This document shows positions 50,933 to 60,967 of a stretch of 64,000 bases of DNA, one piece after another. Every line of letters starts with the position of its first letter. The stretch's first letter is position 1. A model generated the notes under the pieces. It made no database searches. It was not told the DNA's origin and worked only from the letters and a program-made list of their open reading frames with translations. The position numbers and the translations under genes were made by a program. Source of the stretch: an uncultured Candidatus Rokubacteria bacterium (lineage in GTDB: Bacteria; Methylomirabilota; Methylomirabilia; Rokubacteriales; DASRDR01); contig CAWGVS010000012.1 in assembly GCA_963826115.1 (NCBI GenBank), positions 96,001 to 160,000 on the forward strand. Direction: 5' to 3'.

Positions 50933-51637
50933 TCAATGCTGGACGACGGCGACCCCCGGCGGCGGCACGAACACGAACAGGGAGTCGGCGAGCCCCGAGT
51001 TCACCACGACGTCCCCGAACCGCACGCTCACGGTGTTCGCGAGCTCGTCGTGGACGACCGCCTGCCGCACGAGCCAGGTCTTGGGGTCAACGGAGACGAT
51101 CAGGCGCGCGAGCAGGGGCTGCGGCTTCCGGGGGATGAGGTCGAGGACCACCAGCCCCTCCGCGTCGGTCGGCTGCGCGGGGTTGAGGAAGCGCGCGTCG
51201 AAGTGCTCCCGTACCTGCCCGAGCCCCTGCAGGAAGCTCCCGGCGGGGCCGGCGAGGGCAGCCGGCGCGGCGCTCACGTTCACCTGCTTGAGCTCCGGCG
51301 TGTAGATCCAGAGCCGGGTGCCGTCCGACACGATCTGCTGGGGCGTCGGCGTCTGGTACTCCCAGCGGAGCCGGCCGGGCTTCTTGAGGTAGAGCGTGCC
51401 GCGGGCGTCGATGGTCTGGTTGAGCATCTTGTTGTGGGCCAACTGCCGGAACGGCGCCTTGAGGTCCGTCACGCGCCGCTGGGCCTGCTCGAGGGCGGCC
51501 AAGGCCTCGTCGAGCGTCAGGGCCGCCGCGGGCGCGGGCCGGAGCGCCAGGACGCCGGCGAAGGCCAACACCAGACACAGCGCGAAGGTACCGAAGCGCG
51601 TCACGGCAAGCGGGGCGGGGCCGGCCGGAGCCGGCAT
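50933..51637 (-). CDS. lolA: Outer membrane lipoprotein chaperone LolA
   Basis: Signal peptide; KAPFRQ, LKKPGRLRWEY, IVSDG, YTPELKQV, FVFVPPPGV. Confidence 0.9.
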   Translation of the reverse strand: MPAPAGPAPLAVTRFGTFALCLVLAFAGVLALRPAPAAALTLDEALAALEQAQRRVTDLKAPFRQLAHNKMLNQTIDARGTLYLKKPGRLRWEYQTPTPQQIVSDGTRLWIYTPELKQVNVSAAPAALAGPAGSFLQGLGQVREHFDARFLNPAQPTDAEGLVVLDLIPRKPQPLLARLIVSVDPKTWLVRQAVVHDELANTVSVRFGDVVVNSGLADSLFVFVPPPGVAVVQH

Positions 51638-51642
51638 TGGAT

Positions 51643-51975
51643 CTAGAGCCCGAGCTCCTCGAGGGCCTCGACGATGACGGCCTTCGATGCCAGGTGGACG
51701 TCGTTCAGGTGAATGAGGTAGCCGGAGAGCCCGTCGGGGAGCTGGAAGGGGATCTCGCACTTCCGGCACCACTCCTGCCGGGTCGGGATCTCGATCCGAT
51801 AGGTCTGGATCACCCAGCGCAGCAGCTGGCTCTCGCGGCGCACCCCCACCCGCTGGGTCGGCACGCCGAAGGCCTCCTCGAACATCTGCGCGACGGCGCA
51901 CGCGCGGTCGCCGTCGGTCAGCCGACCGAACGCCTGCGGCCGCGTGCTCTGTCGTAGAAACTCGCTGAGCTTCAT
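51643..51975 (-). CDS. Small hypothetical protein with Cys/His motif
   Basis: 110-aa ORF with GC3-rich codons, AAGGA RBS and own TTGACA-18-CATGGT promoter (52015-51986); contains RACAV, CRKC and HLNDVH. Confidence 0.75.
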   Translation of the reverse strand: MKLSEFLRQSTRPQAFGRLTDGDRACAVAQMFEEAFGVPTQRVGVRRESQLLRWVIQTYRIEIPTRQEWCRKCEIPFQLPDGLSGYLIHLNDVHLASKAVIVEALEELGL

Positions 51976-52121
51976 CGCGTTCCTTACCATGCCCGACCGG
52001 CCCGGGCACTGTCAACAGTCTGAGCCGCTTCGGCGCGTGTCACTCTGGCATTCCGCACGGTATACCACCCGTCGTGGGCGCGTAACAAACGAGCCCTGCG
52101 GCGAGGGTTCCGCGGCCGGCG

Positions 52122-54410
52122 TCAGTGGGAGGCGGAGCGGCGCAGCAGGTACTCGGGGCCGACCAGGATCTGGCGCGGCTTGGCGCCGTCGCCCGGACCG
52201 ATGATGCGGTCCTGCTCCATGAGGTCGATGAAGCGCGCGGCCTTCGGGTAGCCGAGGCCCATGCGCCGCTGGATGAAGCTGATCGACGCCTGCTTCTGGC
52301 TCACGATCAGCTCGACGGCGCGCCAGTAGATGTCGTCGCGGTCGTCCTCGCCGCCGCCCCCGTTGCCCCCGCCCCGCTCGTCGCGGATGGGCTTGACCAG
52401 ACCCTCCTCGAAGACCGCCTGGCCCTGCTCCTTGAGGAAGCGGACCACCTCGCGGACCTCGGCCTCGGAGACCCACGCCCCGTGGATCCGGACCGGGCGG
52501 GAGGTCGCGGGCGGCACGAAGAGCATGTCGCCGCGGCCGATGAGCTGCTCGGCGCCGTTCTGGTCGAGAATGGTGCGCGAGTCCACCTTCGACGCCGCCT
52601 GGAAGGCGATCCGCGCCGGGAAGTTCGCCTTGATGAGGCCCGTGATCACGTCGACCGAGGGCCGCTGCGTCGCGATGATCAGGTGGATCCCCACCGCGCG
52701 GGCGATCTGCGCCAGCCGCGCGAGCGAGGTCTCCACCTCCCCGGCCGAGACCATCATCAGGTCGGCCAGCTCGTCCACGATGATGATCCAGTAGGGCAGC
52801 CGCTCGGCCGGCTCGACCGCCTGGTTGTACCCCTCGATGTTCCGGACCGACTTCTCCGCGAGGAGCTTGTAGCGATCGTCCATCCGCCCGACGATCCACC
52901 GGAGGCGGGAGGCCGCTTCCTTCGCGTCGGTCACGACCGGCGCCAGGAGGTGCGGCACGCCCTCGTACATCCCGAGCTCCAGGCGCTTGGGATCGATCAT
53001 GAGGAGGCGCGCCTCGGCGGGGGTGCGACGGAAGAGGATCGAGCAGATCATCGCGTTGAGCCCGGCCGACTTGCCGGCCCCCGTCGCCCCCGCGACGAGG
53101 AGGTGCGGCATCGACGCGAGGTCTGCGACGGCCGGCTGGCCGATCGCGTCGCGCCCGAGCGCGAGGGCCAGCGGGGCCTTCGATTCCTTGAACTCCTTCG
53201 AGAGGAGGATCTCGCGGAGAGACACGGTGGACGGCTCCGGATTCGGCACCTCGATGGCGACGCTCCCCCGCCCCGGCACCGGCCCGAAGACGCGCACCGC
53301 GCCGGCCTTCATCGCGAGCGCGAGGTCGTCCGCCAGGTTCACGACCTGGTTCACCTTGATCCCGGGGCCGGGCTCGAACTCGTAGCCGGTGATCACCGGG
53401 CCCGGGTTGATCCGCGCGATGTGGCCCTTCACGCCGAAGTCCTCGAGACGCTTCCGGAGGTGCTCGGCGTTCTGGCGGAGCTCCTCCTCGCTCTCCGTGC
53501 GGCGCGTCGCGCTGGCCACCGGGGCCTTGAGGAGCGACACGGGCGGCAGCTGGAACGTCGCGCCCGGGTGCGCGAACCCGAAGAGCTCCTGCTTCGCGCG
53601 GCGGCCGTCCGCCGAGCGGGATCGCTCCTCGCTCGCGCCGGCCCGATCCGCGGGCGGCCGGGGCGGCCGGTCCTCGCCGCGGGCGCGGGCCCGTTCCGGC
53701 GGCCGCTCCGCGGGAGCCGGCGACGACGCGGCCAGCTCGGGGTGCACGGCGATGGCGGGCGCCGGCGGAGCCGGGCGAGGCTCGACCAGGACGGGCGCCG
53801 GCGGCGCGGGCGCCACGGACGCCGCGGCGCGAGCCGCCGGCCGGCGGCTCCGGTCGAACCGCACGAGGGCGGCGAGGCGCGCGAACAGCGTCCGCGAGAG
53901 GCCCGCGTACGACGCCTGCGTCAGACAGAGGCCCGCGACGGCCATCAGCGTGAGGAGTAGCACCAGCCCCCCGACGTCGCCGAGCGTGCGGCGAAGGACA
54001 CCGGCGACGGCCCAGCCGAGCCAGCCGCCTCGGTGGAGCCAGACGCCGCCCGTCGGGCCCGAGAGCCGCGCCAGGAGCCCGGTCACCGCCAGCAGCCCGA
54101 GCGTCCCCCCGACGACGATCGAGAGCGTCCCGATGGCGATCGGCCGCGTGAAGGCCGCGAAGGCCCACACCATCAGCACGACGGGCACGAGGTAGGCAGC
54201 ATAGCCGACAGTCGTGAAGAGCGCCCATCCCACCCAGAGCCCCACGATCCCGACCCGCCCCCCCTGGTCGACCCAGCGGAGAGCGGGATCGTAGGACAGG
54301 AGCGCGACGCTCAGATAGGCGGCGAGGCCGAGCGCGACGACGCCCTGGGCTTCCCGGAGCCACCGGGCCGCGAGCTGCGGCTTGGCCGGCCGGGCCTTCG
54401 CCTTCGCCAT
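52122..54410 (-). CDS. ftsK: DNA translocase FtsK
   Basis: N-terminal TM region, PGPVIT, MPHLLVAGATGAGKS, IDPKRLEL, VDELADLMM, ATQRPSVDVITG, gamma domain. Confidence 0.97.
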   Translation of the reverse strand: MAKAKARPAKPQLAARWLREAQGVVALGLAAYLSVALLSYDPALRWVDQGGRVGIVGLWVGWALFTTVGYAAYLVPVVLMVWAFAAFTRPIAIGTLSIVVGGTLGLLAVTGLLARLSGPTGGVWLHRGGWLGWAVAGVLRRTLGDVGGLVLLLTLMAVAGLCLTQASYAGLSRTLFARLAALVRFDRSRRPAARAAASVAPAPPAPVLVEPRPAPPAPAIAVHPELAASSPAPAERPPERARARGEDRPPRPPADRAGASEERSRSADGRRAKQELFGFAHPGATFQLPPVSLLKAPVASATRRTESEEELRQNAEHLRKRLEDFGVKGHIARINPGPVITGYEFEPGPGIKVNQVVNLADDLALAMKAGAVRVFGPVPGRGSVAIEVPNPEPSTVSLREILLSKEFKESKAPLALALGRDAIGQPAVADLASMPHLLVAGATGAGKSAGLNAMICSILFRRTPAEARLLMIDPKRLELGMYEGVPHLLAPVVTDAKEAASRLRWIVGRMDDRYKLLAEKSVRNIEGYNQAVEPAERLPYWIIIVDELADLMMVSAGEVETSLARLAQIARAVGIHLIIATQRPSVDVITGLIKANFPARIAFQAASKVDSRTILDQNGAEQLIGRGDMLFVPPATSRPVRIHGAWVSEAEVREVVRFLKEQGQAVFEEGLVKPIRDERGGGNGGGGEDDRDDIYWRAVELIVSQKQASISFIQRRMGLGYPKAARFIDLMEQDRIIGPGDGAKPRQILVGPEYLLRRSASH

Positions 54411-56122
54411 CAGACCTCCAGCACGATCGGCAGCACGATCGGCTTCCGGTCGTACCGCTGGTTGATGAAGCGGCGGAGGGTCCCGCGCAGGAGCGCGCCG
54501 AGCGCCTCGCGGCCGAGCGCCTCGTCCCGCGGCTCCGCGAGCGCTTCGCGCAGCGCGGCCCGCGCCTCCTCGAGGACGGCCTCCGACTCGCGCTCGTAGA
54601 CCCAGCCCCGCGAGACGATCTCCGGGCCCGCCACGACGCGGCCGCTCGCGCGCTCCACGGTGACCGCGACGACCACCATGCCGTCCTCGGCCAGGAGCTC
54701 GCGGTCCCGGAGAACGACGGGGCCCACGTCGCCCACGCCCTTGCCGTCGACGAGCACGCGCGCGAGCGGAACGCGCTCGAGCATCCGCGCGCCGGTCTTG
54801 GTGAGCTCGAGCCCCTGCCCGTCCTCCACCACGAACACGTGCTCGGCGGGAAGGCCGACCTCCTGCGCCAGCCGGGCGTGGGCCTGGAGATGCCGGTACT
54901 CGCCGTGGACGGGGACGAAGAACTGCGGCCGGACGAGATTCAGCATGAGCGTCAGCTCGTCCCGTGACGCGTGTCCCGACACGTGGACGAACGCCACCTC
55001 CTCCCACAAGACCTCGGCGCCCTGCCGGAGGAGGCGGTTGACCACGCGCGTGATCGTCCGCTCGTGGCCCGGGATGACGCGGGCCGAGAGGATCACGAGG
55101 TCGCCCTCGCCCACCCGGAGGTGCTTGTGCTCGGCCGCCGCCATGAGGGCGAGGGCCGAGTTCGGCTCCCCCTGGCTCCCGGTGGAGAGGATCACCTGGC
55201 GGTACGGCGGCAGCGCCGACAGCTCCTCGAGCGGCAGGAGGGTGCCCTCGGGCACGCGGAGGTAGCCGAGCTCCGCGGCCAGGCGCACGCTCGTCTCCAT
55301 GCTCCGCCCGAGGAGGGCGACCTTGCGCCCGAAGGTCTCGGCCAGGTCGAGCACCTGCTGGATCCGGTGCACGTGCGACGCGAAGGTCGCGATGATGATG
55401 CGGCCCGGCGCGCGCCGGACCCGCTCGGCGAGCGCCCGGCCCACCTCGTGCTCGGACGGGGTCGTCCCCGGCCGGCCGACGTTCGTGGAGTCGGCCATCA
55501 GGCAGAGGACCCCGCGCTCGCCGAGCTCGGCGAGCCGGTGGTAGTCGGAGCGCTCGCCGTCGATCGGGTGGGGATCGAACTTGAAGTCGCCCGTGTGGAC
55601 GAGGGTGCCCACCGGCGTCTCGATCCCGTAGCCGAGGCCGTCGACCACCGAGTGGGTCACGCGGATCGGCTCCACCCGGAAGCCGCCCACGTCGAACGCC
55701 CGGCGGGGCTCGACCGGCACGAGCCGCGCGCGGTCGAGAAGCCCGTGCTCGCGGAGGCGCTCACCGGCCAGGGCCAGAGCCATGCGGGGACCGTAGACGG
55801 GCACGTCCAGCTCCCGCAGGAGGTACGGGAGCGCCCCGATGTGGTCCTCGTGGGCGTGGGTGAGGACGACCCCGCGCACCTGCTCGCGCCGCGAGAGCAG
55901 CGGCGAGAAGTCCGGGATGACGTAGTCGACGCCGGGCATCTCGTCGTCCGGGAACATGAGGCCGCAGTCGACGGCCAGGAGGTCCTCGCCGGACTCGATC
56001 AGCATCATGTTGAGGCCGATCTCGCCGAGACCGCCGAGCGGGAGGATGCGAACCGAGGGCTCGATCGCAGGGTCGCCCGGGGCCCCGGCCGGCATGCTGG
56101 CCGGGACGACGCGGTGGGTCAT
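54410..56122 (-). CDS. rnj: Ribonuclease J
   Basis: PLGGLGEIGLN, THAHEDHIG, HTGDFK, GSQGEP, HVSGHA, PVHGEYRH. Confidence 0.96.
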   Translation of the reverse strand: MTHRVVPASMPAGAPGDPAIEPSVRILPLGGLGEIGLNMMLIESGEDLLAVDCGLMFPDDEMPGVDYVIPDFSPLLSRREQVRGVVLTHAHEDHIGALPYLLRELDVPVYGPRMALALAGERLREHGLLDRARLVPVEPRRAFDVGGFRVEPIRVTHSVVDGLGYGIETPVGTLVHTGDFKFDPHPIDGERSDYHRLAELGERGVLCLMADSTNVGRPGTTPSEHEVGRALAERVRRAPGRIIIATFASHVHRIQQVLDLAETFGRKVALLGRSMETSVRLAAELGYLRVPEGTLLPLEELSALPPYRQVILSTGSQGEPNSALALMAAAEHKHLRVGEGDLVILSARVIPGHERTITRVVNRLLRQGAEVLWEEVAFVHVSGHASRDELTLMLNLVRPQFFVPVHGEYRHLQAHARLAQEVGLPAEHVFVVEDGQGLELTKTGARMLERVPLARVLVDGKGVGDVGPVVLRDRELLAEDGMVVVAVTVERASGRVVAGPEIVSRGWVYERESEAVLEEARAALREALAEPRDEALGREALGALLRGTLRRFINQRYDRKPIVLPIVLEV

Positions 56123-56295
56123 ACCTGGCGGTAGCCTATCACGCGGCCCTCGGAACCCCGCCAAAACCCCGCCGAGGGCCCGGATGACCAGGTATTACGT
56201 CGAGATCGGAGGCGCGGCGCCGTCGGGCCCCGGGCCGGGTCTCAAGCGCGCGGCGGAGGCGCGGGCCGTCCCCGCCCAGCCGCGGGCCGGCCGCG

Positions 56296-57156
56296 TCAGG
56301 GACGCGAGGTGGCGAGGGCGCCGGCCAGGCGCCCGAATTCCTCGAGCGACAGGGTCTCGGCCCGCCGCCCGCCGGCGATCCCGGCCTCGGCCAGCGCGGC
56401 GGCCAGCCGCGCCGCGCTCCCGAGACCCCCGCCCCGGAGGGCGTTCCCGAGCGTCTTCCGGCGCTGGCCGAAGGCGGCCCGCACCACGCGCGCAAAGCCG
56501 TCCTCGTCCGCGACCTCGAGCCGGGAAACGGACCGGAACGTCACCGTCACGACGGCCGACTCGACCGCCGGCGGGGGCCGGAAGGCGGCGGGTGGCACGA
56601 CCAGGAGCTGGGAGACGTCGGCCCAGCGCCGCCAGAACACGGAGAGCGCGCCGTACTCGCGCCCGCCCGGCGACGCGGCGAGGCGCTCGGCGACCTCGCG
56701 CTGGAGCATGAGGACGGCCCGGTCGAGCGTCGCGTGCGCGTCGAGGAGGCGCTCGAGGATGGCTTTCGACACGCTGTACGGGAGGTTACCGACGACGAGG
56801 ACGTGGCCACCCGGATCGGGACGGAGCGCGCGAAGCTCCTCGTAGGGAAAGCTGCGCGCGTCCGCCTCCCGGATCTCGACGCGGCCCGCCTCGGCCCAGT
56901 GCGTCGCCGCCGCCGCGAGCCGGTCGCGGAGCGCGGGATCGATCTCGAGCGCGACGAGCCCGCCGGCGCGCGCCGCGAGGGCGCGCGTCAGCGCGCCCGG
57001 CCCGGGGCCGATCTCGCAGACTAGGTCGGCCGGGGTGGCGCCGACGGCTTCCACGATCCGGGCCGCCACGTCGGGGTCCGCCAGAAAGTGCTGACCCAGC
57101 GCGCGGCGCCGACGCCCGGTCGGTCTCGGGCGGCCGGCGCGCCCCGCGGCGCTCAC
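56296..57156 (-). CDS. rsmA: 16S rRNA adenine dimethyltransferase
   Basis: LGQHFL, EIGPGPGALT, VGNLPY, MLQREVAERL, FGQRRKTL. Confidence 0.95.
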   Translation of the reverse strand: MSAAGRAGRPRPTGRRRRALGQHFLADPDVAARIVEAVGATPADLVCEIGPGPGALTRALAARAGGLVALEIDPALRDRLAAAATHWAEAGRVEIREADARSFPYEELRALRPDPGGHVLVVGNLPYSVSKAILERLLDAHATLDRAVLMLQREVAERLAASPGGREYGALSVFWRRWADVSQLLVVPPAAFRPPPAVESAVVTVTFRSVSRLEVADEDGFARVVRAAFGQRRKTLGNALRGGGLGSAARLAAALAEAGIAGGRRAETLSLEEFGRLAGALATSRP

Positions 57157-57812
57157 GAGGCGGGCTCGGCGGCGGTCCGTCGGGCCCGGTGCTCGGCGAC
57201 GAGGGCCCCGTGGACCGCGCGCACCTGGGCCTGGGTCTCTTCAGGCGTGCCGGAGTTGTCGATGACGTAGTGCGCGTGGCGCGCCTTGTCGGCGAGCGGC
57301 ATCTGGCTCGCCACGCGTCGCTCGGCCTCGGGGCGCTCGAAGCCGTCGCGCCGCACGAGCCGTTCGAGCTGGACGTCGCGCTCCGCGTACACGACGACCA
57401 GGCGGTCCACGTGCGACGCCGCGCCGACCTCGATGAGGAGCGGAATGTCGAGGACGACCAGGCCGTGGAAGCTCTCGGCCGCCCACGCGTCGAGGATCGC
57501 CTGGCGCCGCGCGTGGATCGCGGGATGGGTGATCGCCTCGAGGGCCTTCCGGCGCGCGGGATCGGCGAAGACGACGGCCCCCAGGCGCTTCCGGTCGAGC
57601 TGGCCGTCGGGCCCGAGGATCTCCCGGCCGAACGCCTCGACGATCGCCCGCCAGGCGGGCTCGCCCGGACGCACGACCTCGCGCGCGAGCACGTCGGCGT
57701 CGACGAGGCGGCACCCGAGCTCGACGAGCTGCCGGCTCACGGCGGACTTGCCCGAGGCGATCCCACCGGTGAGCCCGACGAGGAGGAAGGGGCGCGACGC
57801 CGAGGCGGTCAT
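57153..57812 (-). CDS. coaE: Dephospho-CoA kinase
   Basis: VGLTGGIASGKS, DAD, LDRKRLG, ITHP, DIPLLIE, IDNSG. Confidence 0.95.
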   Translation of the reverse strand: MTASASRPFLLVGLTGGIASGKSAVSRQLVELGCRLVDADVLAREVVRPGEPAWRAIVEAFGREILGPDGQLDRKRLGAVVFADPARRKALEAITHPAIHARRQAILDAWAAESFHGLVVLDIPLLIEVGAASHVDRLVVVYAERDVQLERLVRRDGFERPEAERRVASQMPLADKARHAHYVIDNSGTPEETQAQVRAVHGALVAEHRARRTAAEPAS

Positions 57813-57833
57813 CTGCCGTCCGCTCGCGCGTGA

Positions 57834-58685
57834 TCAGTCAGGCAGGCGGAACTCGCCCCGCGCCACGGTCACCGCCGAGCCGCCGACCTCGACCCGCTCG
57901 ATCCGGTCGGTCGCGCCGTCGACCCGGGCGAAGAGCAGGCTCGGCCGCTGGATCTCGACGCCCTGGCGGATCTCGATCTCCTCGCCGAAGGCGATCCGGC
58001 CGTGGCGCGCGAGGTGGCACGCGAGCGGGCCCGCCGCCGAGCCGGTCGCCGGGTCCTCCTGGACGCCGGCGCCCGGCGCGAAGGCGCGCGTCTTCCAGCG
58101 CCGTCCCGCTCCGGCGAAGCAGTTCGTGGTCCCGCGCGGCAGGAGCCGCGCGAGCGCCTGGAAGTCGGGGCGGAGCGCGGCCACCTCGGCCTCGCTCTCG
58201 AGCGCCACGTAGACGTGCCGGGGCCCATTGTCGTAGAGCTCGATCGGCAGGACGGCGCGCGCCACGCCGAGGGCCCGGAGGAGCGCGGCGCTCTCCGGGA
58301 AGGGCTCGATCCGTGGCACGGGCTGGACCATCCGGCCGAAGACGATCCGGGGGCCGTCGCGCTCGATCCGGACGGGCACGGGCCCGACGCCCGTCTCGAG
58401 GACGATCTCCGGGAGCTGGAGCGGCGCGGCCAGGACGAAGGCGGATCCGAGCACCGGGTGCCCGGCGAACGGCAGCTCGTGGTCCGGCGTGAAGATCCGG
58501 ATGCGCACGTGGCCCGGGCCCCGCGCGGGGTAGCAGAAGACGGTCTCCGACAGGTGCATCTCGAGCGCGAGGCGCTGGAGGAGCGACTCCGGGATCTTGC
58601 GGGCGTCCGTGAACACGGCGAGCGGGTTCCCCTCCAGCGGGCGGTCGGTGAAGACGTCGCAGATCACGTAGCGGAAGTCGGCCAT
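57834..58685 (-). CDS. PhzF family epimerase-like protein
   Basis: [48 protein letters not shown]. Confidence 0.93.
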   Translation of the reverse strand: MADFRYVICDVFTDRPLEGNPLAVFTDARKIPESLLQRLALEMHLSETVFCYPARGPGHVRIRIFTPDHELPFAGHPVLGSAFVLAAPLQLPEIVLETGVGPVPVRIERDGPRIVFGRMVQPVPRIEPFPESAALLRALGVARAVLPIELYDNGPRHVYVALESEAEVAALRPDFQALARLLPRGTTNCFAGAGRRWKTRAFAPGAGVQEDPATGSAAGPLACHLARHGRIAFGEEIEIRQGVEIQRPSLLFARVDGATDRIERVEVGGSAVTVARGEFRLPD

Positions 58686-58729
58686 GTCCGTCCCTCAGTC
58701 AGCATCCGTGCACCGCGCAGGACTCCGCG

Positions 58730-59758
58730 TCACCCGCTCCGGCCCGGAGGCGCGGCGCGCCGGCCGCGCGCGTCCGTCGCCTGCATGGTACCCTCCGCGC
58801 CGGCTCGCGCGAACCGGCGTCGGCCGGCGGGCGACGGCGTGGCCCGGCCGCCCACCGTCGCGGCGTAGCGCGCCTTGAAGACCTCTCGAAACGACGCCGC
58901 GGCCGGCGACAGGGCCCGGTCGCCGAGCGTGAGGATGCCGACCCGGCGCGTGACCGCATCGTCGACGAGAGGTCGCACCGAGAGGGCCCGATCGCCCCGG
59001 GGCGGGAGCGCCGAGACCGGCACGACGGCGACGCCCAGCTCCGAGCGCACGAAGCTGAAGAGCGTCCCGAACTGGTGGAGCGTGATCGCGTGGTGGAGGT
59101 GCACCCCCGCCGCCAGCGCGGCGCCGTCGACGAGGCGCCGCAAGCCCGACTCCGGCGGCATCGAGATCAGCGGCTCCCGCTCCAGGTCGACGATCGACAG
59201 GGCGCGGCGCCGGGCCAGGGCATGCCGGCGCGGCAGCACGACCACGCACCGCTCCTCGCCGAGCGGCTCGGCGACGACCGGCTCGGTCACGCCGTGGACG
59301 TTGCCGATCCCGAGGTCCGCCACCGATCGGCGCACGTCGGCGACGATGGCATCCTGCACGCCTTCCCGCAGGTACAGGTCGATCCCGGGGAACCGGCGGC
59401 GGTACGTCGCCGTGGCCGCGGGCAGGACGAGGTAGGCGAGCGACATGAGGCTCGCCACGACCACGTACCCTCGCCGCTGGTCCGCGAGGTCGCGCATGTG
59501 GCCCAGGTGGCGGTCGAGGTCGCCCAGCAGGCGCTCGGCGGTCGGCAGGAACTCGCGCCCCGCGGCGGTGAGCGTCACGACGCGCGTGCTCCGCGTGAAC
59601 AGCGTCGTGCCCAGGGACCCCTCGAGACGCTGGAGCGCCCGCGACAGGCCGGGCTGGCTCACGCCGAGAAAGGCCGCCGCCTCGACGAAGCTGCGGAACC
59701 GCGCCAGCGCGACGACCGCCCGGAGCTGCCGCGACGAGACGTCCGCCGACGCGCGCAT
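58730..59758 (-). CDS. LysR family transcriptional regulator
   Basis: RQLRAVVALA-SFVEAA-LGVSQPGLSRALQRLE-LG-LF-RSTR-V-LT; divergent from the 59862 operon. Confidence 0.93.
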   Translation of the reverse strand: MRASADVSSRQLRAVVALARFRSFVEAAAFLGVSQPGLSRALQRLEGSLGTTLFTRSTRVVTLTAAGREFLPTAERLLGDLDRHLGHMRDLADQRRGYVVVASLMSLAYLVLPAATATYRRRFPGIDLYLREGVQDAIVADVRRSVADLGIGNVHGVTEPVVAEPLGEERCVVVLPRRHALARRRALSIVDLEREPLISMPPESGLRRLVDGAALAAGVHLHHAITLHQFGTLFSFVRSELGVAVVPVSALPPRGDRALSVRPLVDDAVTRRVGILTLGDRALSPAAASFREVFKARYAATVGGRATPSPAGRRRFARAGAEGTMQATDARGRRAAPPGRSG

Positions 59759-59786
59759 CGCGCCCCTCCTCTCTCCGCCGCCACTC

Positions 59787-59801
59787 ATGCACAGTATGCA
59801 T
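59787..59801. promoter_or_regulatory. LysR-type T-N11-A operator
   Basis: ATGCA-CAGTA-TGCAT palindrome (T59788-N11-A59800) in the AT-rich gap between the LysR gene and the divergent operon. Confidence 0.65.
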
Positions 59802-59861
59802 CGACGAGGCGTATCAATAAACAGATTGCACCGACGGGGCGATCCCGGCGACCCTCCGGGC

Positions 59862-60947
59862 ATGGACACCCTCGTCGACCCCTCCGTCGACCTGGTCGAG
59901 TGGTACTACGCGCAGGGCTTCTCGGACGGGCTGCCGGTGGTGCCGCCGACCCCGGAGAAGATCGTCGCGATGATCAGGGCGCTCGGCGGCGAGCCCGACC
60001 TGGTCGAGTGCCGCGTCCCCCCGCGGTGGGGCGACCTGACGCGCCGCGTGCTCGCGATCAATTTGGTGATGGCCGGCTGCACGCCCGCGTACGCGCCGGT
60101 CGTGCGCGCGGCGATGCTGGCGCTCAGCGCCCCGGCCTTCAACCTGAACGGCGTGCAGGCGACGACGCACATGGCGGCGCCGCTCCTCGTCGTGAACGGG
60201 CCGATCGCGCGCGAGATCGGGATGAACGCCGGCGGCAACTGCTTCGGGTCCGGCAACCGGGCGAACGCCACGATCGGCCGCGCGATCCGGCTGATCCTCC
60301 TCAACGTGGGCGGCGGCTGGCCGGGCGAGCTCGACCAGGCCACGCTCGGCCACCCCGGCAAGTACACGTACTGCATCGCCGAGAACGAGGCGGAGAGCCC
60401 GTTCGCCCCCTACCACGTCGACAAGGGCTTCGATCCCAGCGACTCCACGGTCTTCGTGCTCGCCGCCGAGCCGCCGCACAGCGTGACGAACCACGTCGCG
60501 AACGACCCGCCGGGGATCCTCGACTCCATCGTCTCCGCGATGTCCACCATCGCCCACAACAACGCGGTGACCTCCGGTCACTGCGCGGTCGTGCTGGGCC
60601 CCGAGCACGCGCGCACCATCGCCGGGCACGGCTGGCGACGGGCGGACGTCCGCAACTACCTGTGGATGAACGCCGGCAACCGGTTCGGCGACCTCGCGTT
60701 CGAGCACCGCTACGGCAAGGTCTACAATCGCAATCTGCCGGTCTGGTACCGGCGCGAGCCCGACTCGCGGATCCCCATCGTGCCGAGCCCCGATCACATC
60801 CACCTGTTCGTCGCGGGCGGCACGGCGGGACGCTTCTCCGCCTTCATCCCCGGCTGGGGGCACATGAGCAGTCCCGTGCTCCGCGGCATCGACGGCGCGG
60901 CGCCGGTCAAGGGGCCGATCTGCGTCGACGGCGCCTGCTACCTCTGA
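59862..60947 (+). CDS. Conserved hypothetical protein of the type encoded next to UGSC-family proteins
   Basis: SDGLPVVPPT, AINLVMAGC-P, GVQATT, VNGP, RANATIGRAIRL, ATLGHPGKY, AENE-SP, VLGPEHA; ends ICVDGACYL. Confidence 0.85.
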   Translation: MDTLVDPSVDLVEWYYAQGFSDGLPVVPPTPEKIVAMIRALGGEPDLVECRVPPRWGDLTRRVLAINLVMAGCTPAYAPVVRAAMLALSAPAFNLNGVQATTHMAAPLLVVNGPIAREIGMNAGGNCFGSGNRANATIGRAIRLILLNVGGGWPGELDQATLGHPGKYTYCIAENEAESPFAPYHVDKGFDPSDSTVFVLAAEPPHSVTNHVANDPPGILDSIVSAMSTIAHNNAVTSGHCAVVLGPEHARTIAGHGWRRADVRNYLWMNAGNRFGDLAFEHRYGKVYNRNLPVWYRREPDSRIPIVPSPDHIHLFVAGGTAGRFSAFIPGWGHMSSPVLRGIDGAAPVKGPICVDGACYL

Positions 60948-60967
60948 CCCGACAGGAGGCTCAACCC

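Noticed and set aside
52038-52066. Possible plus-strand promoter antisense to ftsK
   Set aside because: Poor -35 and a -10 lacking the final T; no supporting product.
56140-56182. GGCCCTCGG/CCGAGGGCC inverted repeat between rsmA and rnj
   Set aside because: Single GC-rich stem with no U-tract and no second copy; cannot be distinguished from chance.
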